Source of the DNA: Octopus sinensis | Taxonomy: Eukaryota | Length of the DNA stretch: 64,000 nt | NCBI RefSeq assembly: GCF_006345805.1 | Contig: NC_043006.1 | Coordinates: forward strand, 74,586,001 to 74,650,000 | Direction of reading: 5' to 3' | Shown here: in pieces, positions 1 through 15,018 of the stretch | How positions within the stretch are numbered: position 1 is the stretch's first letter | Layout: the number at the start of each line of letters is the position of its first letter | The notes under the pieces: model-generated | Databases searched by the model: none | Told to the model about the DNA's origin: nothing | The model's input: only the letters and a program-made list of their open reading frames with translations | Translations under genes and position numbers: made by a program

Positions 1-273
1 TTACATATCACATGTGATTTCGCATTTAATGCAGAATATGCATTTCATGTTCGTCAGTGCAACAAACTCAAGAAATATAAGAGAAAAACATAACATTACA
101 AACTCGATAGCCAACCGAAGTTTTGCATTCGGTAAAATTTTGTTTATTTTTAGTAGTTTTGACCGCATTGGTCCCTCTTAGCGTGTTGGTATCTACGAAT
201 AGTAGTACCCTCAATATAATATAAAATAAATAAATATATATATATATACCTGAATATACATATTTACACACAT

Positions 274-319
<46 letters not shown>

Positions 320-937
320 AAATATACATGCTTATACACACACACACATATATGTCTGTCTTTATATATATGTATGGATATATACATATATTTGTATATA
401 TGTGTGTGTACATATATATATATATGTACATTTACATATGTATTTATCCATAATGATATATATATATATATATGCACATATACATATGCATGTAAGGATA
501 TATCTGTGTGTATATATATGTTTGTATGTATGTGTGCTTGTGTGTGTAAGTGTGAGTGTGCGCATGCATGTTAAGTACCTATTAAAGTGCAGTACATACA
601 ACCAGTGAGTTTGAACGCGATATATCTCATTACACCCCGAATGAGATGCCTGGAAAGAAACTCTTGACACTACACAGATAATACCATATTACCAGTTAGT
701 GAACTCTAGTAGCCATATAATAAATACGGATAAATAATTCAAGACAGAAGAATACATTGTGAATATATTTATTTACGACATGTTTACTTAAGATTCATTG
801 CCAATTACCTAGTGATTACATAAAATTAATTTCACGAAATCATAAAGTACTTGGCACTGTAGTGCCTGTATGGAGATTGTAAATTAAATACTCACATTTC
901 CTATCTTTCTTTTACGTATATATGTATATATATATAT

Positions 938-973
<36 letters not shown>

Positions 974-1712
974 ATATATCAAATATTATTCTATCACATT
1001 ATATTAGACATACATACATATATGCATACATGCACACATACTTACATACATACATATATACATACAACCTCTCCATACAAAGAATATATTAGGTGAAAAT
1101 ACCTCCAGGGAGCAGTCTAAAACCAGTTGAAACTTTTAATGGAGAGCATTCACAGAGTTAGTCTGAAATTTTTCTCCAGAAAGATGTATAAAATATAAAA
1201 ATAAGCAGTAAATAATGTATCTCCAATATAATCCAATAATGGAAATTATTGTTCAATAATTATGATTTTCTTCTTGAGATCTTACCTTTCAAGGCAATTA
1301 TGCAAATGTCTAGCGCACAACAAACTAATATTCGCAAGTGAAACACATGTAAAGGTTATGCAATTCGTGGAGTTATATTAAAATAACCAACTAAATCTGT
1401 TTTATTCTGTTCTCGACTATTTATATATGTTAAGGCATGTAAACTAGGTGTCAAGATGTTTCACTAGCGGTCACAATAACGTGTTTTCGATTCCTGTTCT
1501 GTGCAATTCGGGTCTTTCTTGAGCAAAATAATACAATGCACGTTTCTTTACTATCACATACAGTATCTTAGCTACAATATCGTATATCATTGGTAGATAA
1601 TACCGGGATGACATTTCCCGACACCTGCTTATGATGTGGGTGATATCTTCGGTGTTAACTCCACAAAGTTTGCATCAGTTATCATATTTTGGTGATTTGC
1701 CTGGGTCTCTCT

Positions 1713-2030
1713 ATGTATGTATGTTTGTTTGTTTGTATGTATGTATGTATGTATGTATGCATGCATGCAGGAATGCATGCATGTATGTATATATATGTGT
1801 ATGTACGTATGTATGTATGTACGTACGTATGTATGTACGTACGTATGTATGTATGTATGTATGTATGTATGCATGTATGCATGTATGTATATATATGTAC
1901 GTATGTATGTATGTATGTATGTATGTATGTATGTATGTATGTATGTATGTATGTATGTATGTATGTACGTATGCAGGAAAGCATGCATGTATGTATGTAT
2001 GTTATGCATGCATGCATGCAAGTATGTATA
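1713..2030. repeat. (ATGT)n compound microsatellite
   Basis: Long tandem ATGT/ATGC/ACGT array read directly; source of the MYVC/HTYI ORFs. Confidence 0.95.
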
Positions 2031-2339
2031 AATTTATATTTAGTCAGGAGGCAAAGAGTGGTGTATCACAATTTTCAGAGCCAACAGTAGGATCGGGAAA
2101 GTAGAGATACTCTCAAACCAGAGACATGGTCCAGATGCTTGCAGTAAAATGCACTAGAGAGAAAGGCAGAGACTGTGAGAAACAGGCGAGAACAGTGAAT
2201 AAGGGGGAAGCAAGTGACAGAAAATGGAAGAAGTGAGAGCGTAGAGTCGGCAGAAGTGCTAGCGCATCGAATCGAATGACTTACAGAGTTTGTACCGAAT
2301 TTTAAGCTTCCGTGTTCAAATGTTAATCATATTGTCTTT

Positions 2340-2632
2340 CCGAAATCCAGCGTTGACTTTGCTCGTATGTTCTCTGATATGTTTTGAAAGTAGCTCCTTC
2401 CTTCGTCAGGTTCGTATTCGAACTCTTTTATAAAATTTGCAACATCTGTCCAGAACCCTTTTTCTGATTTTCTTGGCGATTTCAGTAATTGCATCATTTG
2501 TTGCCGTAATATTATTTTTCATTGTTGTTATTTCTGTTCTTGCTCTTGCAGTTGTATCTGCAGTTGTTGTTCTTTCAGCTATTATTGTTGCTCTTTTTGC
2601 ATCTCGAGCAAACCTGCCAACAAATTTTCCAT
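2340..2632 (-). mobile_element. Degenerate LTR-retrotransposon (Gypsy-like) gag N-terminal remnant
   Basis: Minus strand from the ATG at 2632 reads MENLLAGLLEMQKEQQ**LKEQQLQIQLQEQEQK*QQ*KIILRQQMMQLLKSPRKSEK, then EFEYEPDEG and, after a frameshift, ATFKTYQR. A Q-rich helix followed by an FxY(D/E)PxxGxTF-like motif resembles invertebrate Gypsy gag starts. Multiple stops; no LTR or PBS identified. Confidence 0.4.
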
Positions 2633-3869
2633 ACTTTCACGATTTTTCGTAAAATTCATATTCCGACTTTGTGAGTTTATCAACTCCTTTTCGAGTTTCT
2701 ATTAACTCCAGGTGAATTGGTCTATACTCATCAAATTTATTAATTCCCCATGTGTTGTTTAAATCCTCCTTATGACTCTTACAATCCTTATTGCGTTGGC
2801 TTATAATAACGCCTACTTCGGTATAGAGTATACTTAGTAAAACCAGTAAAGACTCTGGTACTTCACGTACTTCTCTTTACTTATAGTGACTAGGTTATTC
2901 CATTTGTCACATGGGAGTGGCGTACCATTATTACTAATTCCTTATAACAATATATCAAACCGTTTCTATGAATATAAATTGAAAAATATGTGGAGAAACA
3001 AATAGATTGATATACTCATTAATAGCGAAATGAAAGGAATACTCACTACCGGAAAGATGAATAGAATGATTTTAATAGAAATTGAATAAAAAAAAAACAA
3101 TCAAGAACTATTGATTTCGTATAGGTTCGTTTTCCAAAAAAATTGACAATGGAACATTGCTGAGTTCTCCAACTAAGAGAATTTTTTCGCCAGTTATTTT
3201 CGGAGGATGTAAGCGATATTCCCAAGATGAATATTTATTAGCAAATATGTCAATCTGAAACTACTGGTCACAGTTTTTATCAAAATTCCATTAAATTATA
3301 CACACACCCAATCACATACACACACATATGTACGTATGTATATTTGTACGTGTGTATGTGTGTGTGTATGCAGCTATATGTGTGCATATGTACATATACA
3401 TGTGTGTGTATGTATTTTTATCTATAATCATATATCTTGGATATAAAGCTTAAAAATTAAAATATTAGATCACATTCACATAAGAATTTTGAAAGGAAGT
3501 TATTAACAGAAAAACATATTTCAATTTAATATTTGATGTGGCAACGTGCATAGTAAATTAATGTTTGTACTTATTTTTTGTTTACAAGGAGCATAATGAT
3601 GTCTTTTAAATTGGGCACAATGTCATGTTTGTAGTTCACTGCATGGAAAGATGGCTGTGTAAATCATGTTCCAAAGCTTGGATATTAGTTATTAATATCA
3701 AAACGACTCAATCTTGTTCTGTATCAAGCTATCCATTTAGCTATCTATTCAAGTATTTATCCATCTGCAGATATGAACGCACAGAGACAAATGTCACTGT
3801 ATACATAAAAAAATAAAAACATGCATATACGCATCACTATTATATATCCTGTATATGTATGTTTGTGTA

Positions 3870-3877
3870 TTTATGTA

Positions 3878-3921
<44 letters not shown>

Positions 3922-3963
3922 AATATATATGTATATATATATACAGTATATGCATATATATAA

Positions 3964-4016
<53 letters not shown>

Positions 4017-4171
4017 GATAGATAGATAGGCAGGCAGGCAGGTAGGTAGGTAGGTAGGTAGGTAGGTAGGTAGGTGGATGGACGGACGGACCGAAGGACG
4101 GATAGATGGATGGATGGATAGATAGATACATACATAGATTGATAGATAGCCAGATAGATAGACAGACAGAC

Positions 4172-4241
<70 letters not shown>

Positions 4242-4242
4242 T
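3870..4242. repeat. Compound microsatellite (TA)(CA)(AGAT)(AGGC)(AGGT)(GGAC)(GGAT)(AGAT)
   Basis: Successive unit blocks read directly; most neighbouring tetramer units differ by one base. Confidence 0.95.
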
Positions 4243-4418
4243 TATAAATGTTATCAATGTGTGTTTGTATCCCAGTCTTATATTTCTATGACATTCAGCA
4301 AAAAAGTAATATTTAAAGAGCTCTCAGTACAACCAGGAAAAGAGGAAACCATAATATTGCAAACATCCACGCAAGCGAATTTATATGTGTATGTGTGTCT
4401 GTGAGCGTGTTTATGTGT

Positions 4419-4454
<36 letters not shown>

Positions 4455-4584
4455 ATACGCAGATACATTATATATGTATATATTTATTTTAATTTTTTTC
4501 ACTATGATGAATACGCAATATGTATAAAGTTAAGAGTGTCACCAAAGCAAAATGCCTTCCGTAAAAATAACAGAAAGAATGTGT

Positions 4585-4706
4585 GAAAGAAGAAGAAGAA
4601 GAAGAAGGAGAAGGAGAAGAAGAAGAAGAAGAAGAACAAGAACAAGAACAACAACAACAACAACAACAACAACAGCTAAAAGCAACAACTACAACAACAA
4701 CAATAA
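4585..4706. repeat. (GAA)n/(GAACAA)n/(CAA)n microsatellite
   Basis: Read directly. Confidence 0.9.
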
Positions 4707-5174
4707 TCATTTCTGAGTATAGACACAAGGTCTGAAATTTTAGGGCTCTCAGTGCTTGATCCCGGCATGATGAAACGCAAAGTAGACCTCGAGGGAATTT
4801 GAACCCAGAATATAAAGACAGAAAAACTCTAGATCTGTTCCTGAATCCCTCTCCTTTTCTCTCTCTCTCTCTCTCTCCCTCCATCTATCACCACTCTCCC
4901 TCTCTCTTCTTCCTTTTTCTGTACATCTTTCATTAGCCATCTCAGGCCTCATAAATGTTTAACTTTGCCCAATTTATAAAATTCCATATATACACAACGC
5001 CAGCTTCTTTTACGATCTCTTTCACTTCCCTTCTCTTCTCTTCTCTTCTCTTTTCTTCTCTCTCTTTCCCTATCTCTTTTTTCTCTCTCTCTTTCTCTCT
5101 CTCTCTACACACACATATATTATGTATATATGTATATATGTATATATGTATATAAGCTGCTTATCTAGGCAAGA

Positions 5175-5296
5175 ATGTATGGAATGTATGTAAGTATGTA
5201 TGTATGTATGTATGTATGTATGTATGTATGTATCTATCTATCTATCTATCTATCTATATATATATATATATATATGTATGTATATATGTATGTATG

Positions 5297-5331
<35 letters not shown>

Positions 5332-5367
5332 GTATATATATATATATATTGTATATATATATGTATG

Positions 5368-5398
<31 letters not shown>

Positions 5399-5475
5399 CT
5401 ATGTGTGTATATATATGTACATATATATATATGTATGTATATATATATGTATATATATGTGTATATATATGTATA

Positions 5476-5521
<46 letters not shown>

Positions 5522-5847
5522 GTGTATATATATATATATGTATATATATATGTATGTATATATGTATGTGTATATATATATATATATATATGTGAATATA
5601 TATATATGTATATATGTATATATATATTGTATGTATATATGTATGTATGTATATATATATATGTTTGTATGTATGTATATATATATATGTATGTATGTAT
5701 ATATATATGTATATATATATCTATGTGTATATATGTATGTGTATATATACATGTATGTATATATATATATATGTATGTATATGTATGTATGTATAATATA
5801 TATGTGTGTATATATATATATGTATATATATGTATATATACATATAC

Positions 5848-5921
<74 letters not shown>
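5175..5921. repeat. Large (TA)n/(ATGT)n microsatellite
   Basis: About 750 bp composed almost entirely of TA, ATGT and ATCT units; explains the 298-aa and 263-aa Y/I/M/V ORFs. Confidence 0.95.
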
Positions 5922-5924
<3 letters not shown>

Positions 5925-7842
5925 GGCTCATTAGCTTACGTTTTGTGGTCTTTCATCTTAACCAAATTATTTCTCTTTTTTTTTTCCATTGCTAGCTGTA
6001 TTTCATTTGCCTTATTTCCCACACCACATAAACATACGCGTAATCAAACATTCGTCTTCACTTGTAAATGATTTTGTTATACATGGAGAAGATACCTCAA
6101 TCGATTCGAAATTAGCCAAACGCCTATCCGAAATGTTTTCTGTTAAATCAATCTAGTGAGTGTTTAGAAAAGCACCGACGGCTAATTGTCGTATTATATT
6201 GAACATACCATTTAGTCGATGGCGCAAAAGATAACATAGACTTCCAGTTAGGTTTTAAGCTCTAAGCTACCGAGGAAGATAATCAATTATATTATCAACT
6301 AGGGTGGACTTCGAAGTGAATAGAAGGATAAAGTCTTCGAAGAAACGTTAATTTTCTAGCCTCTGGATTCAGTGAATGTTATTTGACAAGTAGATCGTTT
6401 CGACACATCCTAACAAAGGGGAAATTGGATATCAATATTCTAAAAGTAATTAACTGAAAATGGAGCATAAATGAATTATATTAACTGAAGTAGTTGTCAT
6501 GCAAGCGTTACATGGATAAAATCATTCTTTACAGTTGCCATTGCAAAGGAAACGAGCGCGAGTTTTATAATTGAATAAAATTTAATAGAGCAACGATGGA
6601 TAGAGTAAAATAGACAGTAAGATATATCAGACCATATAAAATGAACATAAAGGATATAATGTGGTCTAACTGCAGTGTATTGTCATAGGTGGCAGCACTG
6701 GTGTTTCCAAGATGTAACGGGATTTCATATATACGTGTGTGTGTGTGTGTGTGTTTGTGCGTATATTTGAGTGTATTCGAGCAATTAACAATTTGCATGC
6801 CTGTCTCGAAGATATTAACAACGTGAGCGTGATGACGTATACTTTTCCCATCTGAAAGTGTATCTTAACGGCTGTCACAGAAATTTCTGACTTGTAAAGA
6901 AAAACATGTGTGGTTGCATGTTATATGTACACGCACACATAAATGCATTCATAACGTGTGTATGTATGTGTGTGTGTGTGTACGTGTGTGTATGTGTGAG
7001 TGTACTTATACATAAAAATGCTGAGTATATATATTATATATATATATATATATAATATATATATATATACATGCATACATACATATAATGTAAAGAAACC
7101 ACAAAAACCCCTGCGAAAATTAGCAGCACATGGTTTTGTAGATGAAATACATATCAGATCAACTTCAACCGTTGTCTTATGTATATCGAAAAATTACGTT
7201 AGTATTAGATGGATGTATCTGAATTTCAGCTAAGATGTATATTTTAAAATGCGGATAGCACGAAAAAAACTCACTCCTAGTAGCTAAACATACATTCTTT
7301 AAGTGCTTCAAGAGGTGTGAAGAGAGGGTGATTTGGCTGGGCTGGTATTTCTAGCATGTTGAACGAACGGACAGAGGTGATGCTTCAGTGTAAAATATAA
7401 AAATTTAAAGACGAGACCCAGAAGACGAAATACTATAAAGCAGTTATTAACTGAACGTGCATTTAATATTTAAAAAGAAACAGTGATGAATTAATAAGAT
7501 ATATTAACTGAAAAAGTAACGGCCAACTAAACATAAGTTTTAGTAAACACAATTCTTTCTACGGAAGAACGATAAAAGCAAAATATTATTTGTTTTAAAG
7601 AAACGGTGAGTAAACACTATGCAATAAATATTTTTAGATGTCTTATATCACAAAAGCAAATCAAATTCTATGAATAGATCGTAAGACTGATCCGCTAGGT
7701 AAAAATTTCAAATAGCGTTGACGGCGTAAGCATGTACTCCGGTCGGGGAAACATTGTAACCGGTTAATGGGTATCACTGGGCATGCGTAACAGTACATAC
7801 AGGATATATATATTATTATATATATATATATACATATATATA

Positions 7843-7981
7843 TACGACGGGCTTCTTCCAGTTTCCGTCTACCAAATCCGCTCACAAAGCTTTGGTCAGC
7901 CCGTGACTATAGTAGAAGACACTTGCCCAAGGTGCCACGCAGTGGGACTCAACCCGGAAGCCTGTGGTTGGGAAGCAAGCT

Positions 7982-7982
<1 letters not shown>
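7843..7982 (-). mobile_element. SINE family A, 5' half
   Basis: Reverse complement matches the head of the full copies at 11687 and 48350. Confidence 0.85.
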
Positions 7983-8029
<47 letters not shown>

Positions 8030-8030
8030 G

Positions 8031-8096
<66 letters not shown>

Positions 8097-8107
8097 GTAT
8101 GTAATAT

Positions 8108-8138
<31 letters not shown>

Positions 8139-8160
8139 TTTCTGTGTATTCCTTGTCTTA

Positions 8161-8502
8161 GTTATTAGACTGCGGCCATATTGAGGTGCCACCGTGCCGA
8201 AGTACTTATTTTCAAAACCTTATTCTATCGACGCTTTTGGTGAACCGCTAAGTTACGGCGGCGTAAACACACCAGCACCGGTTCTCAAGCGATGGTTTCA
8301 CTCAAGCACAGACACAAAGACACACACACACACACATGCATATATGCATGTGTGTGTGTGTGTGTGCGTGTGCGTGCGTGTGAGTATGAACCAAATCCGC
8401 TCGCCCGAGGCGATAGTTGCAGACAATAGTTCAAGGTATCCTACAGTGGGACTGAACGTGAAACCATGCTGTTGGGAAAGAAACTTGCCACCACGCAGCC
8501 AC
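8161..8502 (-). mobile_element. SINE family A, diverged copy
   Basis: Head, internal (CA/TG) microsatellite and 3' body all recognisable in reverse complement. Confidence 0.8.
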
Positions 8503-8989
8503 AAGTCATATTTGAGTAAACTTGCCTACGTTTTCTTCCTTTCTCTACTGTATGTAGCTGTCATCTTCTGCGCTTCCACCACGGCGCCAAATCTATTCGA
8601 CCCTTCTATTTGTTCCTTATAAGAAACTTGTTATATCAAGTCATTTTCTTCTTTTTCATCTTTTGGTATTTCTTCACTATCTCTATCATATTAATTGGTT
8701 TCAATCAAACTCAGACGAGGAAGACAAATTTTGTAGATAAGAGTTCAGATTGCTTTGACGCCCAAATGTAGTCTTCAACGATACATTTAATAACGTAACT
8801 GAAACCGTGTATGTGCGCATGTGTGTACGCGCGTGCGAACGTGTGTGTGAATGGATGTACTATCTTCTGTTTCTTTTGTATGTAATTATCGTCGTCTGTC
8901 TGCTACCACCAGAGTACTGATTCTCTGTATTGTATAATCTTACTTCTTCCATGCTTCTTATGAAACATCTACAATTTCATATTTGTCAC

Positions 8990-9362
8990 GTCATTCCTTT
9001 CTTTTTCTCCACTCTCTCTCCCTCTTATCTATCTATCTATTTATTTATCTATTTCTATCTCTCTTTCTTTCTTTCTCTCTCTCTCTCTCTCTCTCTAGTT
9101 ATGTGTGTGATTGAATGTGTATGTCTCACTCTTTTTCTTCCTATTGCTAGCTATTTCTCTTCTCATTCATGCATTCTGATTCACTCTCTCTCTCTTTCTC
9201 TCTCTCACTCTTTCTCTCTCTCTCTTTCTCGCTCACTCTTCTCCTCTCTTCTTTTCTCTCTCTCTCTCTCCTTCGCTCCTCTCTTTCTCCTCTCCTCTCT
9301 CATCTCTCTCTTTCTCTCTCTCTTTCTCTCTCTCCTCTCTCTCCCTCTCTCTCGAATACACA
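8990..9362. repeat. (CT)n-rich polypyrimidine tract
   Basis: Read directly. Confidence 0.9.
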
Positions 9363-10300
9363 CTCACTCTATCGTTCTTTATTTCCGTTTAGCAAGATAA
9401 TGTTTATCAAATGTGTCTGTATATAACTAATCACGGAATTCCTTGCTGTGGTGTTTGTTCATACGATACAAAACAGCGACGATGAAGGGACCCGATTCTA
9501 ATAAGAGCAATGGCTCAATGGCGGATAAACACCAGAAATCACTGTGACGTTCTAACGCTTTTCGTCTTACTCATTCACGAAGATAACCCGGCATTCATCA
9601 ACTTGCTGCCCATTTGAAAACAGTCAACGGTTTTACTCCACTCAAACAGCTTTTGCACAGCAAGTACACACTCTGTCCAAGGAATAAGATGTTACATATT
9701 TTTCGCTGGCGATGCTCGCACCCCCTCCCCCAGCATCACTACCAAGAACAAGAACAGCAACAACAACAAATGATAACAAACTACAATGGCAACAATACAT
9801 ACATAGTCAAGATTACTATTGATACTGGATATGTCAAAAAAGAGGATGTAATTATACATTGAAGCCCACTCGTACCAATAATTGTGTCCTTTTGGTTTAG
9901 AAGACTCGTTTCTTGAACATCAAAACTTTACTACGTAAATTAAATAAACCCCAATCACAATTCCATTAAAGTACCCCCACTATTTTGCTAATGCCCAGTA
10001 TTTTATGTAGAGCATTGAAATGTTGGCAGCTTTCATAGCTCGTTATTTATTCCCCTGTTGGTAAAAGTAAAACCACTTCACACCCTGAAGTACTCACCTG
10101 ACAATGTCCAGGATGACAACGTTTAGACTGCGATGAGACATAACTAATATCATATAAAATCTGATATCGTAACTCTTGATATCATTTCATTACCTCTGCA
10201 CGTATTACAGGTCCAATATCTGGATGTGTAGGTCTCCTCTGTGCACTGAAGTTCTCACACTTTATATTTCCGTTATTGGTTGACCTTCCAACACTTCCAC

Positions 10301-10525
10301 CCCTTTCGTTACCAACCCGGCTGAAACCGGCTCTGGCTCTGAGTACAAATGTCTTATTTTCATAAGTTTTTAATTAAAATTTTCTACCAAACCTTAGTCA
10401 CAATTTATGTTCCTAACACTAGCTGAATGATAACTAAGTTATTTTAGTAAATTCTTTGTTATACTTAAAGTAATTGAAAGAAACACAGAGCATCTCAAAA
10501 TATATACAGTAGCGAAAAACTTCAA
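10301..10525. mobile_element. Possible decayed MITE
   Basis: Left end CCCTTTCGTTACC; right end GTAGCGAAAAAC is a partial inverted match (TTTCGTTAC versus TTTCGCTAC). No intact TSD. Confidence 0.3.
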
Positions 10526-11077
10526 GAATAAAAGATAATACAGTCTGTTGGACCATATTTACAAATGAAATAAAAATGGTTTTGTTTTTTGTTTATTTTT
10601 GCTTTTTTTCATCAATTTAATTTTATGTTCTCATCTGGAACATATGAACAATATATGTGCCATTCACATTTCTAAATTGCACAATATACTACTTACTGAT
10701 AGCTCTCACCGCCATTCCCTGTTTGCACAGTGCATGAAGCAGACGCGGAGGTGCTCTACACTTCTTTTCGGACACAATTTCGCTTCTCGCACAAAAGATA
10801 AGTTTTCATGAGAAATCCAAAGGCGTTTTATGAAACTGAATATAACATTGTTCTACGCCATTTTTGGGCACCCCCATCATCTATTTAGTCTCGGAAATGC
10901 TGATTATTACACTGCAAGCGGTAGTGGGGGACAAACACTAACACAAAGATACACACACATACACTATATACATACATAAAAAAATATATATATATAAAAT
11001 ATGAGAATAAAATTTATATAAGATTTTATCTAGTAGGCAGCGGCTTTTACGGATAGTAATATCCCTTGATATTGTAA

Positions 11078-11130
<53 letters not shown>

Positions 11131-11180
11131 TATATATGTATATATACATACATACATACATACATACATAAACACATACA

Positions 11181-11322
11181 TACGACGGGCTTCATTCGGT
11201 TTCCGTCAACCAAATTCACTCAAAAGGATGTAGTCAGTTCGATGTTATAATAGAAAACACTTGGCCAAGGTTCCACGCCGTAGGACTGAACTCAGAATCA
11301 TGCCGTTGGAAAGCAGCCTTCT
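11181..11322 (-). mobile_element. SINE family A, 5' half
   Basis: Diverged reverse-complement match to the family A head. Confidence 0.75.
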
Positions 11323-11687
11323 TATCCCCACCAATATATGTGTGTATGTGTTGTGTGTGTGTGTATGTGTTGTGTATGTGTATGTGTTGTGTGTGTGTGT
11401 GCGCGCGTGTGTGTGTGTTTGGAAAGATGAATAGAAATGGCTTTTCCGATAATATTTTTTGCTTTACTAATTAGATGTCTATAACTTATTAGGCGTTTCG
11501 GACAATTTCTAAACACCTAATAATTTATAAACATCTAATTATTAAAATCCAAAAATTATCAGAAAAACCAATTTCTAATTTTTCTTTTTCAAATATATAA
11601 TATTGTATCAAAGACTTTTTTATTTCTTATTCTACTAACCACCACTAAATTCAAATAATACAATCATCTCAGAATTCCATCAATATG

Positions 11688-12175
<488 letters not shown>

Positions 12176-12984
12176 TAATACAATCAACTCTGGATTCCAT
12201 TAATATGCCTTGTGACTATAAAGTATGTAGAATCATTCAAAAAATATGTATTCTATAAGTAACCACTCCCAGTCTAACCACGAACAATTGTTGACTTCAA
12301 AAATCATTGTTGCTGATGCTACTGAATTTTGCCCAAACAAACAGTCGAGAAAACATTCCATTGAGGAATGCTCAGAGTTCAATACTGCTACCAAATATGA
12401 TTGAAAGTAATTGATGAGGAAAATTCCTCTTCAAACGATGTCAAATCTATTATTCCTGAAGAGATCGCACCGATAATGCATAAATCGCTGCATATGAATT
12501 ATGCAATAATATGCAATTTGTGCGTTCGAAATACGTGTTGGACTTTTATTCTAGCAGGAAATAAATATGAAGTTTGATGTTCAAATTGTCCTTCCCCTCA
12601 TTTTAATATTGTTCTTTACTCTCTAAGTAACCAAGAAATAAACTGGAACATCAGATAAGAGCTGAAGGTAGATTACCGAAAAACGCACCACCGGAAGGAA
12701 CCAACCTTGGCATTTAACTGCCTGAATACCATATCCATCCTTTGACTCTGTGTGTGTGTGTGTGCGTGTGTGCGCATGTGTGTGTGTGAGAGAGAGATAG
12801 AGAGACTGAGAGAGAGAGAAATTAAGAAAAACATGAGTTTATATTATTAGTTTCTGCATAGATTTCATTATAATGGTTGCTTGGAATCCTGCACTGGGTG
12901 TTCCAATTCCAGTTAGAGCTTATCAAGATCGGATCATCATAGAACACTTTGTTGCATTATGTTACAGAGAAATTTCTGTTTGTT

Positions 12985-13049
12985 TATGTATGTATGTATG
13001 TATGTATGTATGTATGTATGTATGTATGTATGTATGTATCTATATATCA

Positions 13050-13129
<80 letters not shown>

Positions 13130-13135
13130 GTCTGT
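12985..13135. repeat. (ATGT)n(ATCT)n microsatellite
   Basis: Read directly. Confidence 0.95.
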
Positions 13136-14641
13136 TTGTCTGTTCATCTACCTATCTACCTCTTTTTGTATGTGTATATATATGTATATGTGTGAGCGTG
13201 TGTATGAGCGTGTGTGTGCGTGTGTACTTTTCTTTAAGTTTTATTTCAGTTCTTAAGTGAGTGGAAGCTGATCGCTAACAATACCAGAAAACTACTTCAG
13301 TCAAGAGAGTTCCTGATGTTTATAAGTATGTTGTGTGGTATGTTGTATGGGCTGTCAGTACACACACCCAGGTGCCTGAATCTTTTCACCAAAATATTCT
13401 CAGATGAAGGATCTTTGGAATGTTTTTCAAATTTTCCCTGTGCCGCTAATAGAATGGAATTGCGTAATCAGCATCAGTTTCTTCTCATCGTAGTACGCAA
13501 ACCTGGTATTTCTAGTTTTGTTTTGTTGTTGTTTTAATTTCTTGGTACACAACTTAATGCACCCATGATGATGAGTACAAATGAGGATACAAGTGTTGTA
13601 AGTGCTGGTGTTACTTTGCTTCAGTGTTATTTATTTATTATATTAATCTTAATCTTATTTCGGCCATACTTCTTTCGTCACACTCCTGTGACCGCATCAG
13701 TGGTCCTTTGCTTTCTTCTTTCTTATTTTTGTGTCTCTCCTTACTGTCAGCCATTTTGTATTTCTATTGTATGTGTCTTCATTTGCGCCTGCGTATATCT
13801 CTATGTGCGTCTATGTTGAGTTAGTGTGTGTGTGGCCGAAATAAGATTAATATAATAAATAAATAACACTGGAGCAAAGTAACACCAAATATATAGTGCG
13901 TGTGATTTTATTGGCTAAACTGGCAAAATGACCATTCCTAAATACAACAATATTAGTTGTACGTAGTCTTGACATTCGGCTAACAGGGCTGACAAGGGCC
14001 TCACTGACATGACAAACAACATTACAGATAAGCTATCATCCTGGAATATGCCTCTTGATAGTTGAATTCTATTTGTAACAATACGTATTGCTTTAGCTTG
14101 TTAATTGTATATATATATATACATGCATGTATGCATATGTGTGTGTTTTCACGCACACATCCACCCATGCACACACATAGACACACGCATAAAAATATAT
14201 AGTTTTATTGTTTATATTCTCTCTACAACCTGGTTGTGTGCAGAGTAAACTGATTACGATTTCAACCCGTGTACGTGTATGGTCGGCAGTCGGTAAGAAA
14301 CTACGGTTTGGGTGGGGTAAACAGTGCTTATTTCACGTAATTTAAGGCATGCACATACGTAGAGATGTGTCCGCGTAACTTTATATACATACACACAAAC
14401 GCATATATATATGTGTGTGTGTACGTGCACATACATTTGTGTGAAGGTATTTGTGTAACAGTGGTGAGCGCTGTGAAAATAAATAGGAAAAATTGTAGGC
14501 AGACAAGTACAGTGAATGACTTATGCTTTGCAAGAAGGAAACCCGTGTGCGTTTCCATCTGTTGGTATGCGAAACAGTTTGTTTGGTAAGATGCTTTGCA
14601 AGAGCAGTCAGATAAAGAGCAACAGAGATGGTCAAAAAGAG

Positions 14642-14672
<31 letters not shown>

Positions 14673-14761
14673 TACATAATATATATATATATATATATAA
14701 TGTGTGTGTTGTGTGTGTGTGTGGTGTGTGTGTGTGTGGTGTGTGTGTGTGTGTGTGTTGT

Positions 14762-15018
14762 GGAGGCGCAATGGCCTAGTGGTTAGGGCAGCGGACTCGC
14801 GGTCGTAGGACGCGGTTTCGATTCCCAGGCCGGGCGTTTGTGTGTGGTTTATTGAGCGAAAACACCTAAAAGCTCACGAGGCTCCGGCAGGGGGTGGTGA
14901 TACCTGCTGTACTCTTCTCCCACTCTTTCTTCGTCATTCGAAGGCTAAAACAATGCGAACGCATTGTGTGACCAGCGATGTGTAACAAATCTGATGGCTG
15001 GTCTGTCACGTGATCACG
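14762..15018 (+). mobile_element. tRNA-derived SINE, family D (single copy here)
   Basis: Head GGAGGCGCAATGGCCTAGTGGTTAGGGC...GGTTTCGATTCCC has A- and B-box-like motifs; unique body ends TCACGTGATCACG; lies between (TG)n and (TA)n tracts. Confidence 0.7.

Noticed and set aside
2437-2652. Hydrophobic ORF resembling a membrane protein
   Set aside because: Antisense reading of a CAA/GAA-rich minus-strand sequence; starts with TTG; no splice support.
9380-9862. Possible first exon after the CT tract (MKGPDSNKSNGSMADKHQKSL*; poly-Q ORF 9614-9862)
   Set aside because: Short ORFs, no good donor, and the poly-Q is a CAA/CAG microsatellite; needs RNA data.
12861-12978. Possible exon DFIIMVAWNPALGVPIPVRAYQDRIIIEHFVALCYREIS
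   Set aside because: A plausible acceptor (CTGCATAG) but no convincing donor; it runs into a microsatellite and has no recognisable motif.
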